A DNA stretch of 64,000 nt from Carcharhinus longimanus. Lineage: Eukaryota. The notes beneath the pieces were generated by a model. The model ran no database searches. It worked only from the letters and a program-made list of their open reading frames with translations, and was not told the origin of the DNA. Below are positions 1-13,074 of this stretch, piece after piece. The stretch spans positions 56,885,631 to 56,949,630 of the forward strand of contig JASCQW010000099.1 in the NCBI GenBank assembly GCA_030264375.1. The letters run 5' to 3'. Positions within the stretch are counted from its first letter, which is position 1. Every line of letters starts with the position of its first letter. A program made the translations under genes and the position numbers.

Positions 1-590
1 CAGGGGAAGGAATAAATACAATATCTATCACTAGAGAAAAAGTACGAGAGAAACTAACAGGGCTAAGGGCCAATAAGTCCCCTGTACCTGTTGGATTGCA
101 TCCCAGGATATTAAAGTAAGTAGCTACAGAGATAGTGGATTATTGATAATAATCTTTCAAGAATCATTAAATTCTGGAGAAGTCACAGAGGATTGGAAAA
201 TTGCCAACATTACACCCTTATTGAAAAAGAGAGAAAAAACACAGGTAACTATAGGCCAGATAGCTTGAATTGCGTCATTGGGAAAACGATAGAGTTCATC
301 ATAGATAATATAATAGCACAGCATTTAGAAATACATAATATAATCAGAGTCAGCACAGTTTCATGAAGGGGAATCATGCCCAACAAATTTTATTTGAATT
401 CTTTGAAAAGGTAGTGAGCAGGATAGATAAAGGGGAATCAACAATCGTAATATACTTGGATTTCCAAAAAGCATTCAATAAGGTACCACACAAAAGACAA
501 TACCCTAATAAGATAAGAATTCATTTGTTGGGTGTAGCATATTAGCATAGATAGGGGATTGGCTAATTGGATAGGTGTTAGATCCCTTAC
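1..590 (+). mobile_element. Decayed CR1-type LINE ORF2 fragment (reverse transcriptase N-terminal part)
   Basis: Frameshifted peptides resembling DWKIANITPL..KK, GNYRP.SL and LFEFFEKVVSRIDKGE..VIYLDFQKAFNKVPHKR. Confidence 0.9.
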
Positions 591-1661
591 ATATGTAAAT
601 AACCTGATAAATGAACACATGATATTCAATGACATGGATGAAGTTAATCCAGAGCACTACTTGAAGCTACACCAGAGTGAGAGCAAAGTGACGTAGGTTA
701 GAACTGATGAAAGGAAAATTTAGGACAGATTTCAGCAAGAACCTCTGCATATAAAGAATGACCTTCCTAGTGGAACTAAAGATGAAATTCTAAAGAGCTG
801 CTGGAGAAAGAGTTAGAATGGGATGATGGTGGGGATTTTTTTTAAGGTTAAGACAGATGAGCTAAGAATGACTAAATGATGTCCCTCATTGTCTTGGAAA
901 ATATATTTTTTTAAATGAAAGGTGTATTTTCTGTGGCTAGATAGAGGCACCAGATAGGTTGTTTTGAATGGCTTCGAAAGTGTACTCCAAGTGTAAGCAG
1001 GAAATCTTGGGAAAGTCCAAAAGAAAATAACATTCCATGCCTACTTCATTCACCATTTCAATTATGCTTTCTACTTTGTAACAGATATCATGGAAGAGGG
1101 ACAGAAAGATAATATCATGAAAATTAAGCATTCTCTACCAGGTAGGTGATCCGCTCACTCTACTACCCATCAGATGAAAATTAAAATGTATTCCATAATG
1201 TCAAATAGGAGTCAATCCTCATTAATTTCACTGATATTCATAAATATACACAAGGAATTAAAAATCATGGCAATGCATTATTTTCAGGTAATTAAAAGGA
1301 GAAAAATTGACTATGCAAGATAAATTCCTAATAAATGATTGCAAAGCAATTTTGAAATCCTTTTGAGTAACAGGCATGTATCATTAGTAGATGAAAAGCA
1401 CCCAAATGTAGGCTGACTAAAAAAGCCCTGAACTAAGTAAAATGTTGACTAAAACAATAGCTGTTGCAGTATACATCATTCACTTTCAATTGTAAATTTT
1501 AAGTATAATGGTCTAAATAGTTTAGAGAAATTGCATTATTGCTAGTAAATCAGTAATGAGTGTTGCCAGAGCTTAACACAGCTATCAAACCATCAAGTTT
1601 TAGCCATCAGAATCTATTCTGTTGACAGAAATAATGGAGGAGCTTTGAGCCTCTGACTGTG

Positions 1662-1679
1662 ATTGGTTGCTTAGCAACC
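1662..1679. promoter_or_regulatory. Candidate RFX X-box overlapping an inverted CCAAT box
   Basis: attGGTTGCttaGCAACC palindrome in non-repeat sequence; motif match only. Confidence 0.35.
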
Positions 1680-2049
1680 TACAGATGCTGTTAGCATTTG
1701 TGGTTCCAAGTGGTTAATATTGGGCAAATGCCAACCATAGATGATATTGTTGTAGCAAATGTAACTGATGGGCTTCAAAGAACTTGCCTTTTCATAAGAA
1801 CTGTAATTGACCATAGAAAGCAGTAAAAGATGTTCATCTTTTGACAATTCCTTAATTTTTTTTCCTTCTATTGGTGAATAATGGGAAAGATTTTTCATTA
1901 CNNNNNNNNNNNNNNNNNNNNNNNNNNNNNNNNNNNNNNNNNNNNNNNNNNNNNNNNNNNNNNNNNNNNNNNNNNNNNNNNNNNNNNNNNNNNNNNNNNN
2001 NATGGGATAGATTTTTCATTACCTGACAACTGTTCCAGATCTTAGGAAT

Positions 2050-2600
2050 ATGGGTGGAATTTAATGCCCTTCCTTGTGGCAAGTTTGCTGGTAGGGGTAT
2101 TTAATCAGGGGACCTGACTATTTTCCCACTTCACCCTGATTAATTCTATGGCAGCCAGGTCTGTAGACAAGTGGGTGAAGTGGATAGTTGCTTGTGGGCT
2201 CCTAGGTAGGAAAGTCCCTCATTCAATGGCACTTAGTGCTTGATCAAGGGATATGTCATTGGCGGAGGGTGGTGCAGTGCAGTGCCATCCCCCCTGCCAT
2301 TGCTGCCTAGTCCCCATGCCCCCCACCCCAACCCCTATAATCCTCCACCCATGATTCTGCCATCACTCATCAGCAATAATACTAGGTCTCAAATGGGTGC
2401 TGTACCGGCAGCAGCTACAAACACCACCCCAGTGGCAGCACTGTTCAATAGAACTGTTTTACTTTAATTGACTAGCAGCTCTTGGCAGGAGGGGCATCCA
2501 GGTAATTAATATGTCTTTCCCTAGAAGAGGCGACATGGAACTCTAACTGACTCTCCAGCCTGCAGTCAAGACTTTCACTGCCTCTATTTAATGCTACTGA
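2050..2600. mobile_element. Degenerate non-autonomous DNA transposon (Harbinger-type MITE-like)
   Basis: Starts tgggtggaatttaatgcc, like other GGG..GAATTT termini in the window; GC-richer interior with a C-rich tract. Confidence 0.4.
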
Positions 2601-2739
2601 TGAACTCTTTTGTCAGTTAGCTAATATAACAACACCAAAACATTTTTATCTTTTAACGTGGATATTCTCAAATGGTACTTTATTAACAAATGCAAGAAAA
2701 TTATAACTGAATAGGTATGGAATGTGAATGAAGGTTTTG

Positions 2740-3240
2740 TTGAAAAAAGTTTCTTAAAGGTTTTAAAGGTGAAGAAATAGGGCAGTGAAGCATTAAAGGA
2801 AGAAACTCTAAGAGTATATCTGACACAGCTGAAAGTTGCAGATTAGGATAACAGAAGAGGGGAACATGAAAGGAGGACCTAAAGGTGCGACAGGAAATAT
2901 AAGGTTGAAAGAGGTGCACAGATAATGTGGACAAAGGAGAAATTTGAAGACAAAGATCATTTCAAATTTAATGAGTTTCAGCACTGGGAGCCAACATAGC
3001 TCAGTCAAGATGGGTGGTGGGGAAGCAATGCCGTTCAGAATACCGATGGCTGCATTTTGGATGAGTCAGAGTTTAGTGAATTTGTATACGGGGGAGAGAA
3101 AGCAAGCAGAGTTTTAATAAAATAACTCTTGAGATGACATATAATAAAGTTCTCACTGGAACGTCCATAGTCTTGATGGGTTAGTAATACATTAGACACT
3201 AGGTTGGCTTTAATATTGTTGTGTAATATATAGCCTCTTG
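2740..3240 (-). mobile_element. Decayed L2-type LINE 3' fragment
   Basis: Purine-rich + strand resembling the reverse complement of an L2 ORF2 end (gacacagctgaaag, gcactgggagccaac, gcattttggatgag). Confidence 0.55.
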
Positions 3241-3779
3241 CATACTTACATATCAATTATTTTCATATTATAGTCTTTGTAAAAGAGTTTTTGCAAATGC
3301 AATAGAACTGTAGGGAAGTAGTTTTCAAGAAAGGTCAAAGATTTGTGCAACATGGGTGAAAATTTAGGTAATTATGGATTTGTTGTCCAAAACATCACAG
3401 CCTCCCTTTCTAATGTGTAAAAACATTTTCATAAATAATACTTGCTGCTCTACAATGATCTAAAAAAAAACTTCCAACATTTTAGGTTTCTGGTTTAATT
3501 CAAAAATGTTTTTTCAAGATATTGCTATATTCACAAATTAGATCAGATACATATGTTTCAACCATCATTGTGATTCTATTATTATCGCAATATACAGGTT
3601 GTCAGGAAGTACTCCCTGAAGCTTTTACAGTTCCTATGGTTACAGAAACAGGCACATTCAAACATGAAAGGTGGAATCCCTACGTTTATACATTACATAT
3701 CTAACAAAATGTTGGCAAGTTATCAGCTTTTTTAATATAATTTATAGAGGTGGGGGAATTGGATTAGGCCAATAATTGG

Positions 3780-4420
3780 CCACAGGAATAGCAATATGCA
3801 ATTAGCTAGCGCCTGTTCATACTGATGCAGGCAGCATCCAAATTTCATTCTGCCTGCTAAATTAAATGCTAGTGGCACAAAAGCTAATGCTAGCTGAGTA
3901 GCTACAAACCTCAGTAGAAAACACAAGTTGTGTAAGCATGCACCACTTAAAGCTAGCCTGCACCTCTTAAACGTGCAGTTAATTTTGGCTGTTACTGGTT
4001 CAAAAAGAGTCTGAGCAGAAAAAGACTAGAAATGGCTGAATAGGAGAGAGTCAATGATCAGGGTAGCCAATAGGGTTTAACCCAGGTGTCACCTGATTCC
4101 ATTTTTCAAAGCCATCTCAGCCTTTTGGTTAAGATGAAGCATCAGATCAAGCCCAAGATAGGCTGCAATGCCTCATCTTGTCAGCTTGAATATTGCTTGT
4201 CTCTTTAGTGGGGACCATAAACTTGGATTCAATTTGAATTTGTTTCTTTAGATAGAATAAAAGTTTTTTTCAAAAACAGGTCAGAAAGTGTACTTCCACA
4301 CAGTCCACTGCAGCACTGGAGGTGTTGATGCAGCAGGAGAGGTCTTTTTCCCTTCAATGCCCTCCAAACAGACAAAATGAAAACAATGGGAGCAGATAGC
4401 TATTGCAGTCAGTGGCATTT
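3780..4420 (+). mobile_element. PIF/Harbinger remnant (Myb/SANT-like ORF start), interrupted by the U2-derived element
   Basis: 4308-4415 gives AALEVLMQQ...KQWEQIAIAVS, resembling the start of Harbinger Myb/SANT proteins. Confidence 0.5.
4112..4310 (+). pseudogene. Diverged U2 snRNA-derived element (pseudogene or SINE-like copy)
   Basis: tctcagccttttggttaagatgaag vs U2 TCTCGGCCTTTTGGCTAAGATCAAG. Colinear weaker matches follow: tcttgtcagcttgaatattg ~ TCTTATCAGTTTAATATCTG; gtctctttagtggggaccata ~ GTCCTCTATCCGAGGACAATA. Confidence 0.65.
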
Positions 4421-4559
4421 GCCATTTCCTGTTCCAAGTTGCTATTTGCAAACAAAAGTTATTTGTGGTTTTAGGCTACCAATCTCTGGTCATGCAGTAA
4501 TATGCAAAATTTTGATGGGATATGGGTAAGTACTTAAAAATTAAATACAAAATATGCTG

Positions 4560-4655
4560 AGGTTTACACTAGTGCATTCTGCACTGAAAAAACACAGCAA
4601 GATTTACTCCAGTTTTTACACGAATTTGACACTTTGAGAAAATCACCCAGAACAT
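4560..4655 (-). mobile_element. Terminal fragment of the MITE family seen at 60563 and 62660
   Basis: Reverse complement aaactggagtaaatcttgctgtgttttttcagtg matches 60608-60642 aaactggagtaattcatgctgttttttcagtg. Confidence 0.7.
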
Positions 4656-5629
4656 GGGAAAACTTTTTTAATGCAGTTAGTGGTATTATGATCTGCAAGG
4701 TACTGCCTGAAAGAATGGTGTAGGCAGATTAAGTCATAGCTTTCAAAAGGGCATTATATACGTACATGAATGGAAAGGTTTTGCAGGCCTTTGGGAATGG
4801 GACTTGTTAAATTGCTTTTGCAGACAGTAGGCACGGGCTTGACAGGCTGAATGCTGCAACCATTCTATTCTATTTTTATGGCACTTTGATTCGACAGTCT
4901 TTTTAATTTTTTGGGCTCCACTGGTTCCCAGGGTTACTTCATTTTTATTTGTTTTATTTTCCATCTAACTCACTAGTTGATATATATACTGAATGGGCAC
5001 ATTTGTTCATGCAATGAGTTATAATTAATGTAATATTATAATATTTGCAGTTCTCAGCATATTTTGTTGATGATATTCCAGTATGTCTGTATTTTTAAAA
5101 CGTAAGCAGTTAAACACTATTACTGTAGGGATTGATTTATATCCTTTTCCTGTAAGTTTGATGATGCCCTCTTTTGCTGAAGGTGAAGCAGCTCCAAGCA
5201 TGAAAATTCTCAATATCATAGCAACAGCACAAGTGACACTAGGAACCCATTTATCATTGTTTTCTCCAGAAAAGAAAAAAATGCTTTGCAAGTGTGAAGA
5301 ATCTTACGTCGAATCTCAGATCAGAACAAACAAATGACAACACAACTGTAGTTATTGGATTCAGTGACAGGTAGACCTGCAACATTTAATTTAATAGTAA
5401 ATATTAAGGTTTTATCATTAAGAGAAAGCAATAACTACAAGAGTAATATGTGAAATTTGCACAGTTCTGAACTGGTATGCCCACAGGAACACAGCACAGA
5501 ACTGGCAACAGAAACATTCAGAAAGAGGTCACTAAAATAATTGGTATAAGAAATGGAAAATTGTCAAGCAATACAAGTACAAAAATGTCTGGCATATTTT
5601 GAGGCTGAAAAGAAGAAAGTAACAGAAAT

Positions 5630-5835
5630 ACAGCATTGCAAAAGTTGAAAACCTGAAATAAAAAACAGAAAAAACATATAACAGCAGGTCAGGCAGCATT
5701 TGTGGAAAAAGGAAAGTCGGGTTCATGTTTCAGGTTCTTTGACTTCACAAACATTAACCCTACCTACCTCTCTCTCTCTCCCTCTCTGCAGGTGCTGCCT
5801 GACCTGCTGTGCAATTCCAATTTTTTTTTAATTTC
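5630..5835. repeat. Palindromic (hairpin) Penelope-type repeat
   Basis: acagcaggtcaggcagcatttgtgga is the inverted partner of tctgcaggtgctgcctgacctgctgt. Related copies at 17280-17380, 54225-54390 and 59050-59120. Confidence 0.7.
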
Positions 5836-8800
5836 ATGCTGTGTCTGACTTGGGAGTACATGATGTTAACATTGGTGCCTGAAATAGAAAGTATTTAATT
5901 CCCCAGCATTAACATCTTTCACCTTGACGAGCACAGAATTCACAAAATAATTTCTGGCTTTTCTTTTTAAATGAACATGTTTTCTTCTAGGTCAACAGTC
6001 AGTGAATACAATCTGAAATGCCTGTAAGAATTATCACTTATCACTGTGTGGTTTAACAGGGTTTGAATTGAATAGCTAAACTTGCACTCAGCTATTTTTA
6101 ACTTGCCAAGTGTTTAATATATTTAAAATTCAAAGCATGTTTAAATTCTCCATCTAGAAGGGTAATGGAACTGTGACTCAGGCAGGCATGCATAATTCAA
6201 ATCAACATCCTCAGGCTTATAACTTGATGCTAAGGTTGGCTTTGAATGAATTGAAATACGACTGTACCATGTAAACCCATTATACAAATTTGGTAAAGAT
6301 ACTTTTTTAACATGCAAATTAACAACAACTGACTGTTTGGGTGGGAATACTAATTATTTTGTACAGCGCCTCTGAATTACAATTGTTCTGCTTTGCACAT
6401 ATACAATGCAAAAGCAACAGGGGCAAGCATGCTCCACTATTAGCATTTTGCAATAAAACATATTTTAAACAATTTAGGCAGGATCTTTATTTACTATAAA
6501 CTAACATTTCATATCTACTGGATATTTATTACAACAACATATAACCACTGTGCTACAGATTCCTCATTTATTCAGTGGGTAAACAGTACAACTAGAAGAC
6601 CATGCCTGCCATTAGAAACCAACAAGCGAACATAAAGGCAATTCTCTGAACACAAGGGTGTCACGTAATATGACATTGGAGTGGGTTTGCCATCTCCAAG
6701 TAGCATAGCATTTAGTTTTTCACCATTATATTGAATGCCGAAAGCTCAACACTCCATTTGCACTACTTCTTGAATCCTTCTGATGCTGTTATTAAATTGG
6801 CTACTTACACTACCACTTGGGACAGAAACATTCAGAGCAATCATCTCAGGATTTGACACTGTGAGAGACATGTGTAAACTTCAATGTGCACCGTCAGCCA
6901 TTATCGGTTGTCTAATTCAATCTCTGAGGAATGATTGGCTATATCATGTTACAGTTCAAATCAGACATTTTTAGAATAGCCACAGATCTGGGTTTTGTAG
7001 GAATCTAATGCAATTGTAGGGTCACAAAATTAATTTGCATAGACTATTTCAAGCAGCACAAAGAGGCTTACTTCATTCCCAAGAATAGGTATGATGCAGA
7101 CTGCTACCAGTGCGATGTTCATCTTTTGATATGGGTGCATGCACTTATGTCAGTTCACATGATTGAACATGTGGAAATGATGCTATTCTGATTTAAACAG
7201 CCAAACATGGTGTCAGGATACTAAAGTGGAAAGTGCAGACTCTAGCAAAGCCTGTGATGTCCACAATTGTGTGAAACAACAAGGTGAACTAGGCAGTAGC
7301 AACCTGATTACAGGTAAGTAACATTTTTGGAATCTTTTCTATTAAAAAATGCCTAAGAAGATAATCTGGATGATTTTAGAGATATCTTCATGCATTTGCT
7401 GCATCTGCACTGGGATGACTGAGGAGTAGCCCATGCAAAGGCTATAATGGGTATATGGGAAGCAGTGACAGTGCTTATGGTCTACAGCAGCCAGGAGATG
7501 TAGTAGTGGCTGCAGAGTGGGCAAACTCTGTGATATGCCCTCTGGCAAGTTTGAGCTGGACATACCCAAATTTCTTTAAAGTGATAGGAGGCTACAAATG
7601 TCTGAAAGCAGGAACTCATTGGGGTAAATTGGTTTGAGGGGAAACAGGTGGGTGAGAAGCAGAGATCCATGGTCATATCTTTAGCAGTTTGCTCATCATG
7701 CCAGAGAGCAGGATGTGGGTGTGTTGGGAATTGAGAGGGACTTTTGGATGGAAGCTGCTGTCATCCTCAAAGTTCTCAGCGATGTCAGATGGACGTGGGC
7801 AATGTTACAGTTTTTGTTGGAAGTTAGGATATGGAGTTTCAGCTCAACTCAGGATTGCAAAGTTCAGTCTGAAAGAATGACTGGGGAAAGGAATTGAGTC
7901 AGAAGCTGTGCAAATATTTTTTGGAAAATTATTTCTCTCCCCACTTGGTGTCACCTAGACAAAAACTGTTCCAAGGCTTGAAAATCCAGTTCTCTCTCCT
8001 CTGGTGTGGAGAATTCTTTTCCCTTAACATTCATTCACTGCATTACACTTTTATGTGCAGGCAGAATGTCTTTACAGCTTGGCAGGAGTGTCCTGTTAGT
8101 GAGAATACCACTCATGTTGCTCCCTCATAGTAGCAGTGAGAAATGGCTAGCTTCAACTATTGCTCAAACTTTTGAGATACCTTACCCAGTTGGCTGGGTA
8201 ATTTTCAAGACCAAAGGTGGCAGCCTTCAGCCCATTTGTGATTTTGCATAATATACAGCTGGCAATGATCTGATCAGGGTCATGATTATCTCACAGGATA
8301 GCTTTGATGTGCTCTCTTTCAGTATCAAGCTTAAAATGGTGAGTAAATATTTCCTGAGGGCATTCTCCATGGCAACACCCTGACCAGAGTCTACTTGCCA
8401 ACAAATCACCACCAATTAAACACCTTTTCACATGCAATATAAATTGTTTCCTTTGAAATTCGGTATTCTTGCAAATCTGTCCTGTTGAATGCAAAACGAA
8501 AAATTTTGACAGCATGCATCTTTTTATAGCAATGTGCATAATTAACTCCATAATTAAAATTTTTCAGTCCTCTTTCAATTGCTCCAATATCAAGATAGCA
8601 AGATTATGTTCTCACTGCCAATCTTTGAACAATGGATGCAGGGCCTGACAGGCACTTTGAATCTGGGCTTAAATTGGGAAAATATGGACTCCCAGGACAA
8701 GGAGTCACACTAGACAATATAAGTTAGAGACTTGCTGGGAAGGCCTTAGTTAGTTGTTGAAAGACTGAATGAGGCAGCTAGTTCAAGAATTTTTTTTAAG

Positions 8801-9012
8801 GGAGGCTAAAACATATTAATTATGGTGCTGGAGCCTGTGCATGGCTGTGCTGAAAGAGCAATCTTTCCTTGACACCCAGAAGCTCCAACCACCAACCTTT
8901 AAATATTGTTCAAGGAGCCTAGCAGGTTGCCACTGCATTAAGCATTCAATTGAAGAAAATGCAGGAAACAAAAAGAACGTTACATTTCTCTCATTTGCAC
9001 CATATTAACAAG

Positions 9013-9832
9013 TTGTAATGAAACTGTGCCTTTAAGAAATGTATTTTAATCATGTTTCTCTGCAGGAACTTTCGAGCAGTCCCTGGCCAATTTTCCTGCA
9101 GCCGTTGTCCTCTGTTACTGAAGCAGCATAATTGATACCATGTTTGTCTTAATTTGAACTAATGCAGTGTTCTGTTGTTCTAGTAGAGCTTGATTGGGAT
9201 GATTGAAATGTCAGATCATATGACTGGAAGCAGCTAGGCTTTCACAGATTTCCAGCTTAGTTTTTTTTCAGATACTGTCTGGAGTTGAGAGAGAGAGAGA
9301 GAGAGCATGAGCAGTGTCTCTTTTTTCCCCCCTCTCTGGAGCTGGAGATTCTGCTGCTGAGAGTGGTGTACTTTCCTGTCTCTGAAGTATGAAGACTGGA
9401 AGCTGCTGGAGACTAAGTTTATTTCTCTGTTTTGCTGCCTTGAGGATATATCCTTCTTTGAAAACTGATTTTGGATTTCTGTCCAGAAGTGTTAAAAAGC
9501 TGGAAATCTAGCATCACATGAGCATATTGTTTAGTGCCAACTCATTCTGTCTATGGGGTATAATTTTAAATTGGAACAGAGGTAGCTAGCTGTTAAGAAT
9601 TATACTGTGTCATGTTTAAGTCTTGTAATTGGCAAAAATTATGTTCATTCTTTTTGTTATATTTTAAATGTGTTCTTAAATAAACTTTGTTTAGCAAAAG
9701 CTTCCTAGTGGATGACTTGAATCATACCTGGAGTGAAACACATTGTGCTTACCAATGCCAAAATCAAATGTAAAACTTAGGGTCTAGCTAACTTCGCAAA
9801 ATACCTTGGAGTTTCTAGCCTAGGCTTTAATA
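9013..9832 (+). mobile_element. Probable solo LTR (Gypsy-like)
   Basis: Starts tgtaatg, contains a (GA)n tract, an aataaa at ~9679 and a 3' end related to the reverse complement of 62094-62250. Confidence 0.55.
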
Positions 9833-10049
9833 GTGTGGCAACCGACACAGAAACAGGAGTACCTAAATGTGTCCCCCAAAACTTCATACCCATCAACCAA
9901 TTTCCACCTCTGCTGTTCAGATCTGCTAAAGGTCTATATTCGGTATTTGAATTTCTACCTTACATTGACATACTGATTAAAATCATATCAATCTGCATAA
10001 CATAATAATCCAAAAGCTGATTATTTTTAGCAGAACAATTTGGGCTAAA

Positions 10050-10300
10050 CGGAGTTGAGGAGGAACTTCTTCACTCAAAGGGTGGTGAATCTCTGGAATT
10101 CTCTGCCCGTTGAAGTGGTGGAGNNNNNNNNNNNNNNNNNNNNNNNNNNNNNNNNNNNNNNNNNNNNNNNNNNNNNNNNNNNNNNNNNNNNNNNNNNNNN
10201 NNNNNNNNNNNNNNNNNNNNNNNCTTATTGAATGGCGGGGCAGGCTCGAAGGGCTAGATGGCCTACTCCTGCTCCTATTTCTTATGTTCTTATGTTTTAA
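10050..10300 (+). mobile_element. Young CR1-type LINE 3' end spanning an assembly gap
   Basis: Reads LRRNFFTQRVVNLWNSLP, then tail gcaggctcgaagggctagatggcctactcctgctcctatttcttatgttcttatg, near-identical to 19531-19608, 35105-35175 and 52558-52630. Confidence 0.9.
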
Positions 10301-12359
10301 AACCAGATATATTGGACATACTTAAAATATAGGAGGTATAGTTTATTACTAATACTGTAACTTCTGATCTCCCAGCATCTGATTTGGGGGAATACTCCAA
10401 GAATGTGCTGGAGAACCTCTCTCAGAAGTTCCCAGGTAAACATTTACACAGCAATTGCCCAGAAGTGCTAACTTCCTCTAGGCAAATATGCTGCACTCGG
10501 AACCATCTAAAAAAGTGATTTAAATTGCAAACTTTGAATGGTTCTGCCAGGGTTCCACTATTAGTTATTCAGAAAATATTGAAAGAAATAAAGCCTCTTA
10601 TAACATCAGCATAATAATTTTAAAGACCCAGATTGATCCCCGCACAGACATCCTCCATATCCCTGACCCACGAAGGGACTCCCCACACTTACGATTGACT
10701 ACCGTCTTGTGATATTCCCCATACCCCAACCCCTTCACCTGCACAGGATTCCCCCGCATCCCTAACTTATGGGCTGGACCCTCATCCCCAAACCAAACCT
10801 CATACGACCTGGCCCAATCTCCTGACCCAACTGGAAACCCAGACCTGACTCCACAATATTCAACCCCATCCAACCACCAATGTCCAACCTGACTGCCAAC
10901 ATTCTTCCCGATGTCCGACCAAACCCCACCTCCCCCCCACAACCACCAATCCTTCTACCCCTTCCCCCCGCCCACCCCCAAATCCTATCTAGTTACCTCT
11001 CCCTGGGTTGTCAGTTTCAATGGAATCCTTAAACTAACTTATTTTGCAATGGCTAAAGCAGTTAAAAAAGGTATGTCCTCCTTCACTCCAACTCTATTAG
11101 ACTCATGGCTGGACTTTGGAAACAGCTGTGCTGCCTAGATCTCACCTGGCTTGAATCAGGAAGGTCATGCAAGACAGGAAGAAACTTAGCACAACAGATA
11201 ATCTAACACTGATTGCTACTCCAAGGAAGTTACAGCCCACAATATTGCATTACAGGCATCCTTTTGTTAGAATGAGAGATAACATTTCACAGGAATAAAT
11301 AAACCTCTATTATGTGGCCTTAACAGTTTAATATGTGTAGCCTTTTAGATGACTATAGAAACATATTGTACAATGCAGTCCTTGAAGTTACAAACAAACT
11401 AATTAGATCTTATATTTTCACAATGGTCAATCATCATTTGTAAAGTTAATGATAATATCATATTTTATAACACAAATACGAATAAATCACAAACTTTTCA
11501 GCAAACTGTCTAGAATATTAAGCAAGCTGATTTTCACACTGAAGCAGCGCATTTGAAAGATGTTCAAGTAAAAAAGGGACACACTTTGTACATGTAAACC
11601 AAAAAGCTTCTTATTTTGTAAACTATTTAGTATTTATGTTCATAGGTGAATGCCCATATAGGCTACATATCTATTCCCATATAGGTTTATAAAAAAAACT
11701 TTAAACACTGTAAGCAACTTTTAATGAAGAGATTGTGCAGAATCACTTGTACCTTAACCAACATAGTGACATGTAATGCATTCTTGCAGCTTGCACTTAC
11801 AGTTTCTAACTCTTTTAAAATTTTGTTTTTTTTTACTTCATGCTCATCTGAACTACCCCTCCAGGTGCAGATGATTTTGATTGCAAACTACAAGAAACTT
11901 GTACATACGTGGCCACCTAGTGGATAAAATATCATCTGCATATACTGTCAAATCTTATGTCATGTTTCTTTCCATATCATAAATTACATATGGATCAGGA
12001 AAACTACTCAACTCAAACTGAATTATTCACACAGGAAGAAATCATACAATATCCCACTCTCATCTGTTTTTTAAACAATTCAAATTGGATCAAATAACAC
12101 CTGTTTTCCATTTGCTACTGGTTAACTAAAAAGGGGGACTCCAAAAAGGAGGGCAGGAATTGTGCACACACTTGGTCAAAATTATATTCTATACCATATT
12201 TGATGTCTTTCATCTTAAGGTTAAAAAAAGCAGACAATAGAAACTTTGCACATGTAAATAAGGGAGCAAATATTTCCTTCTAAGACATTGCTGGTTGCCT
12301 CAGGAAAACCAATCCAAAGCATCAGCTAAATGTGAAAAAGTGAATAATCGCCACGGTCA

Positions 12360-12950
12360 GCACTCTCATCACCATTGCTGGATTTCTCCCCTCCAGGCAA
12401 AGGGCATCAGTGATTGCACTCATGCGGCCATCAAAGCACCCAGTAAATGCCCATTCAGATTTAAGCGCTTCGTCCATGTGTGCACTCATTTTCTTGCCAG
12501 TTGCCATGACTGCTTCATCCTCAACCAGTCCAGGCTGCCTCAACCCCCGAAGTATGTGGATGGACATTAGGGGAAGAGGATATCCCTTGAAGACAAAGCT
12601 ATTCACGCATCTACAGGGCCACCATCAGAGGCACAGGGTGATACAATGAATGCCACCACTTCAGCAGGACGACCACTAAGGAAAGCATTGGACCTCTGAA
12701 GAAGGAATTCCAGTTCCTGGACCAGTCAGTTGGCACCCTTCAATAGCCTCTTGCAAGGGTATCAGTCATTGTGGAGGTCTGTTGTGCTCTCCATAATGTG
12801 GTCACACAGAGAGGTGTGGGCCTCGACACATGAGACCCTGGAAGGGGGCAGCTCTTCCAAACAGGAGCAGAAACAGGAGATGAGAGAGGAGGAGGAAGAC
12901 AAGATACATGGAGATGGTGCTGAACAGAAATGTGCCTCTACTGCACCATG
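12360..12950 (+). mobile_element. PIF/Harbinger DDE transposase pseudogene fragment
   Basis: Frameshifted motifs in the expected order: GISDCTHAAIKAP, VCTHFLASCHDCFILNQSRLP, GRGYPLKTKLFT, YNECH..SRTTTKESIGPLKKEFQFLDQSVGTLQ, VSVIVEVCCALHNV (HARBI1-family hallmarks IDCTH, GSxHD, GYPL, CxxLHN). Confidence 0.88.
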
Positions 12951-13074
12951 AGGTAGACTCCTTTTATCATCCTCCAGAAAAGAACTTCTCTTCTCTCCCT
13001 CACAACTTCCTACGTTAGATCTAGAATGGCAGCAACAAAGTAAGGGCTTCATTTTTGGGTAAGCTTAGTGTTGC

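Noticed and set aside
700-760. ctgatgaaagg as a hammerhead ribozyme core
   Set aside because: No matching GAAAC with stems; it reads better as decayed LINE 3' coding sequence.
1881-2022. Repeated atggga(a/t)agatttttcattac on both sides of a gap (also taactggat around 14600-14699)
   Set aside because: Most simply overlapping contig ends or a collapsed repeat at a scaffold gap; cannot be interpreted biologically.
5025-5337. Overlapping ~85-aa ORFs on both strands as a further SYT14 exon
   Set aside because: No similarity to the expected next exon (NCIQRMRRTPPLDELQPPPY..) and no convincing splice pair.
12360-12950. Domesticated HARBI1-like host gene
   Set aside because: Multiple frameshifts, a stop and an internal deletion show a dead transposon copy.
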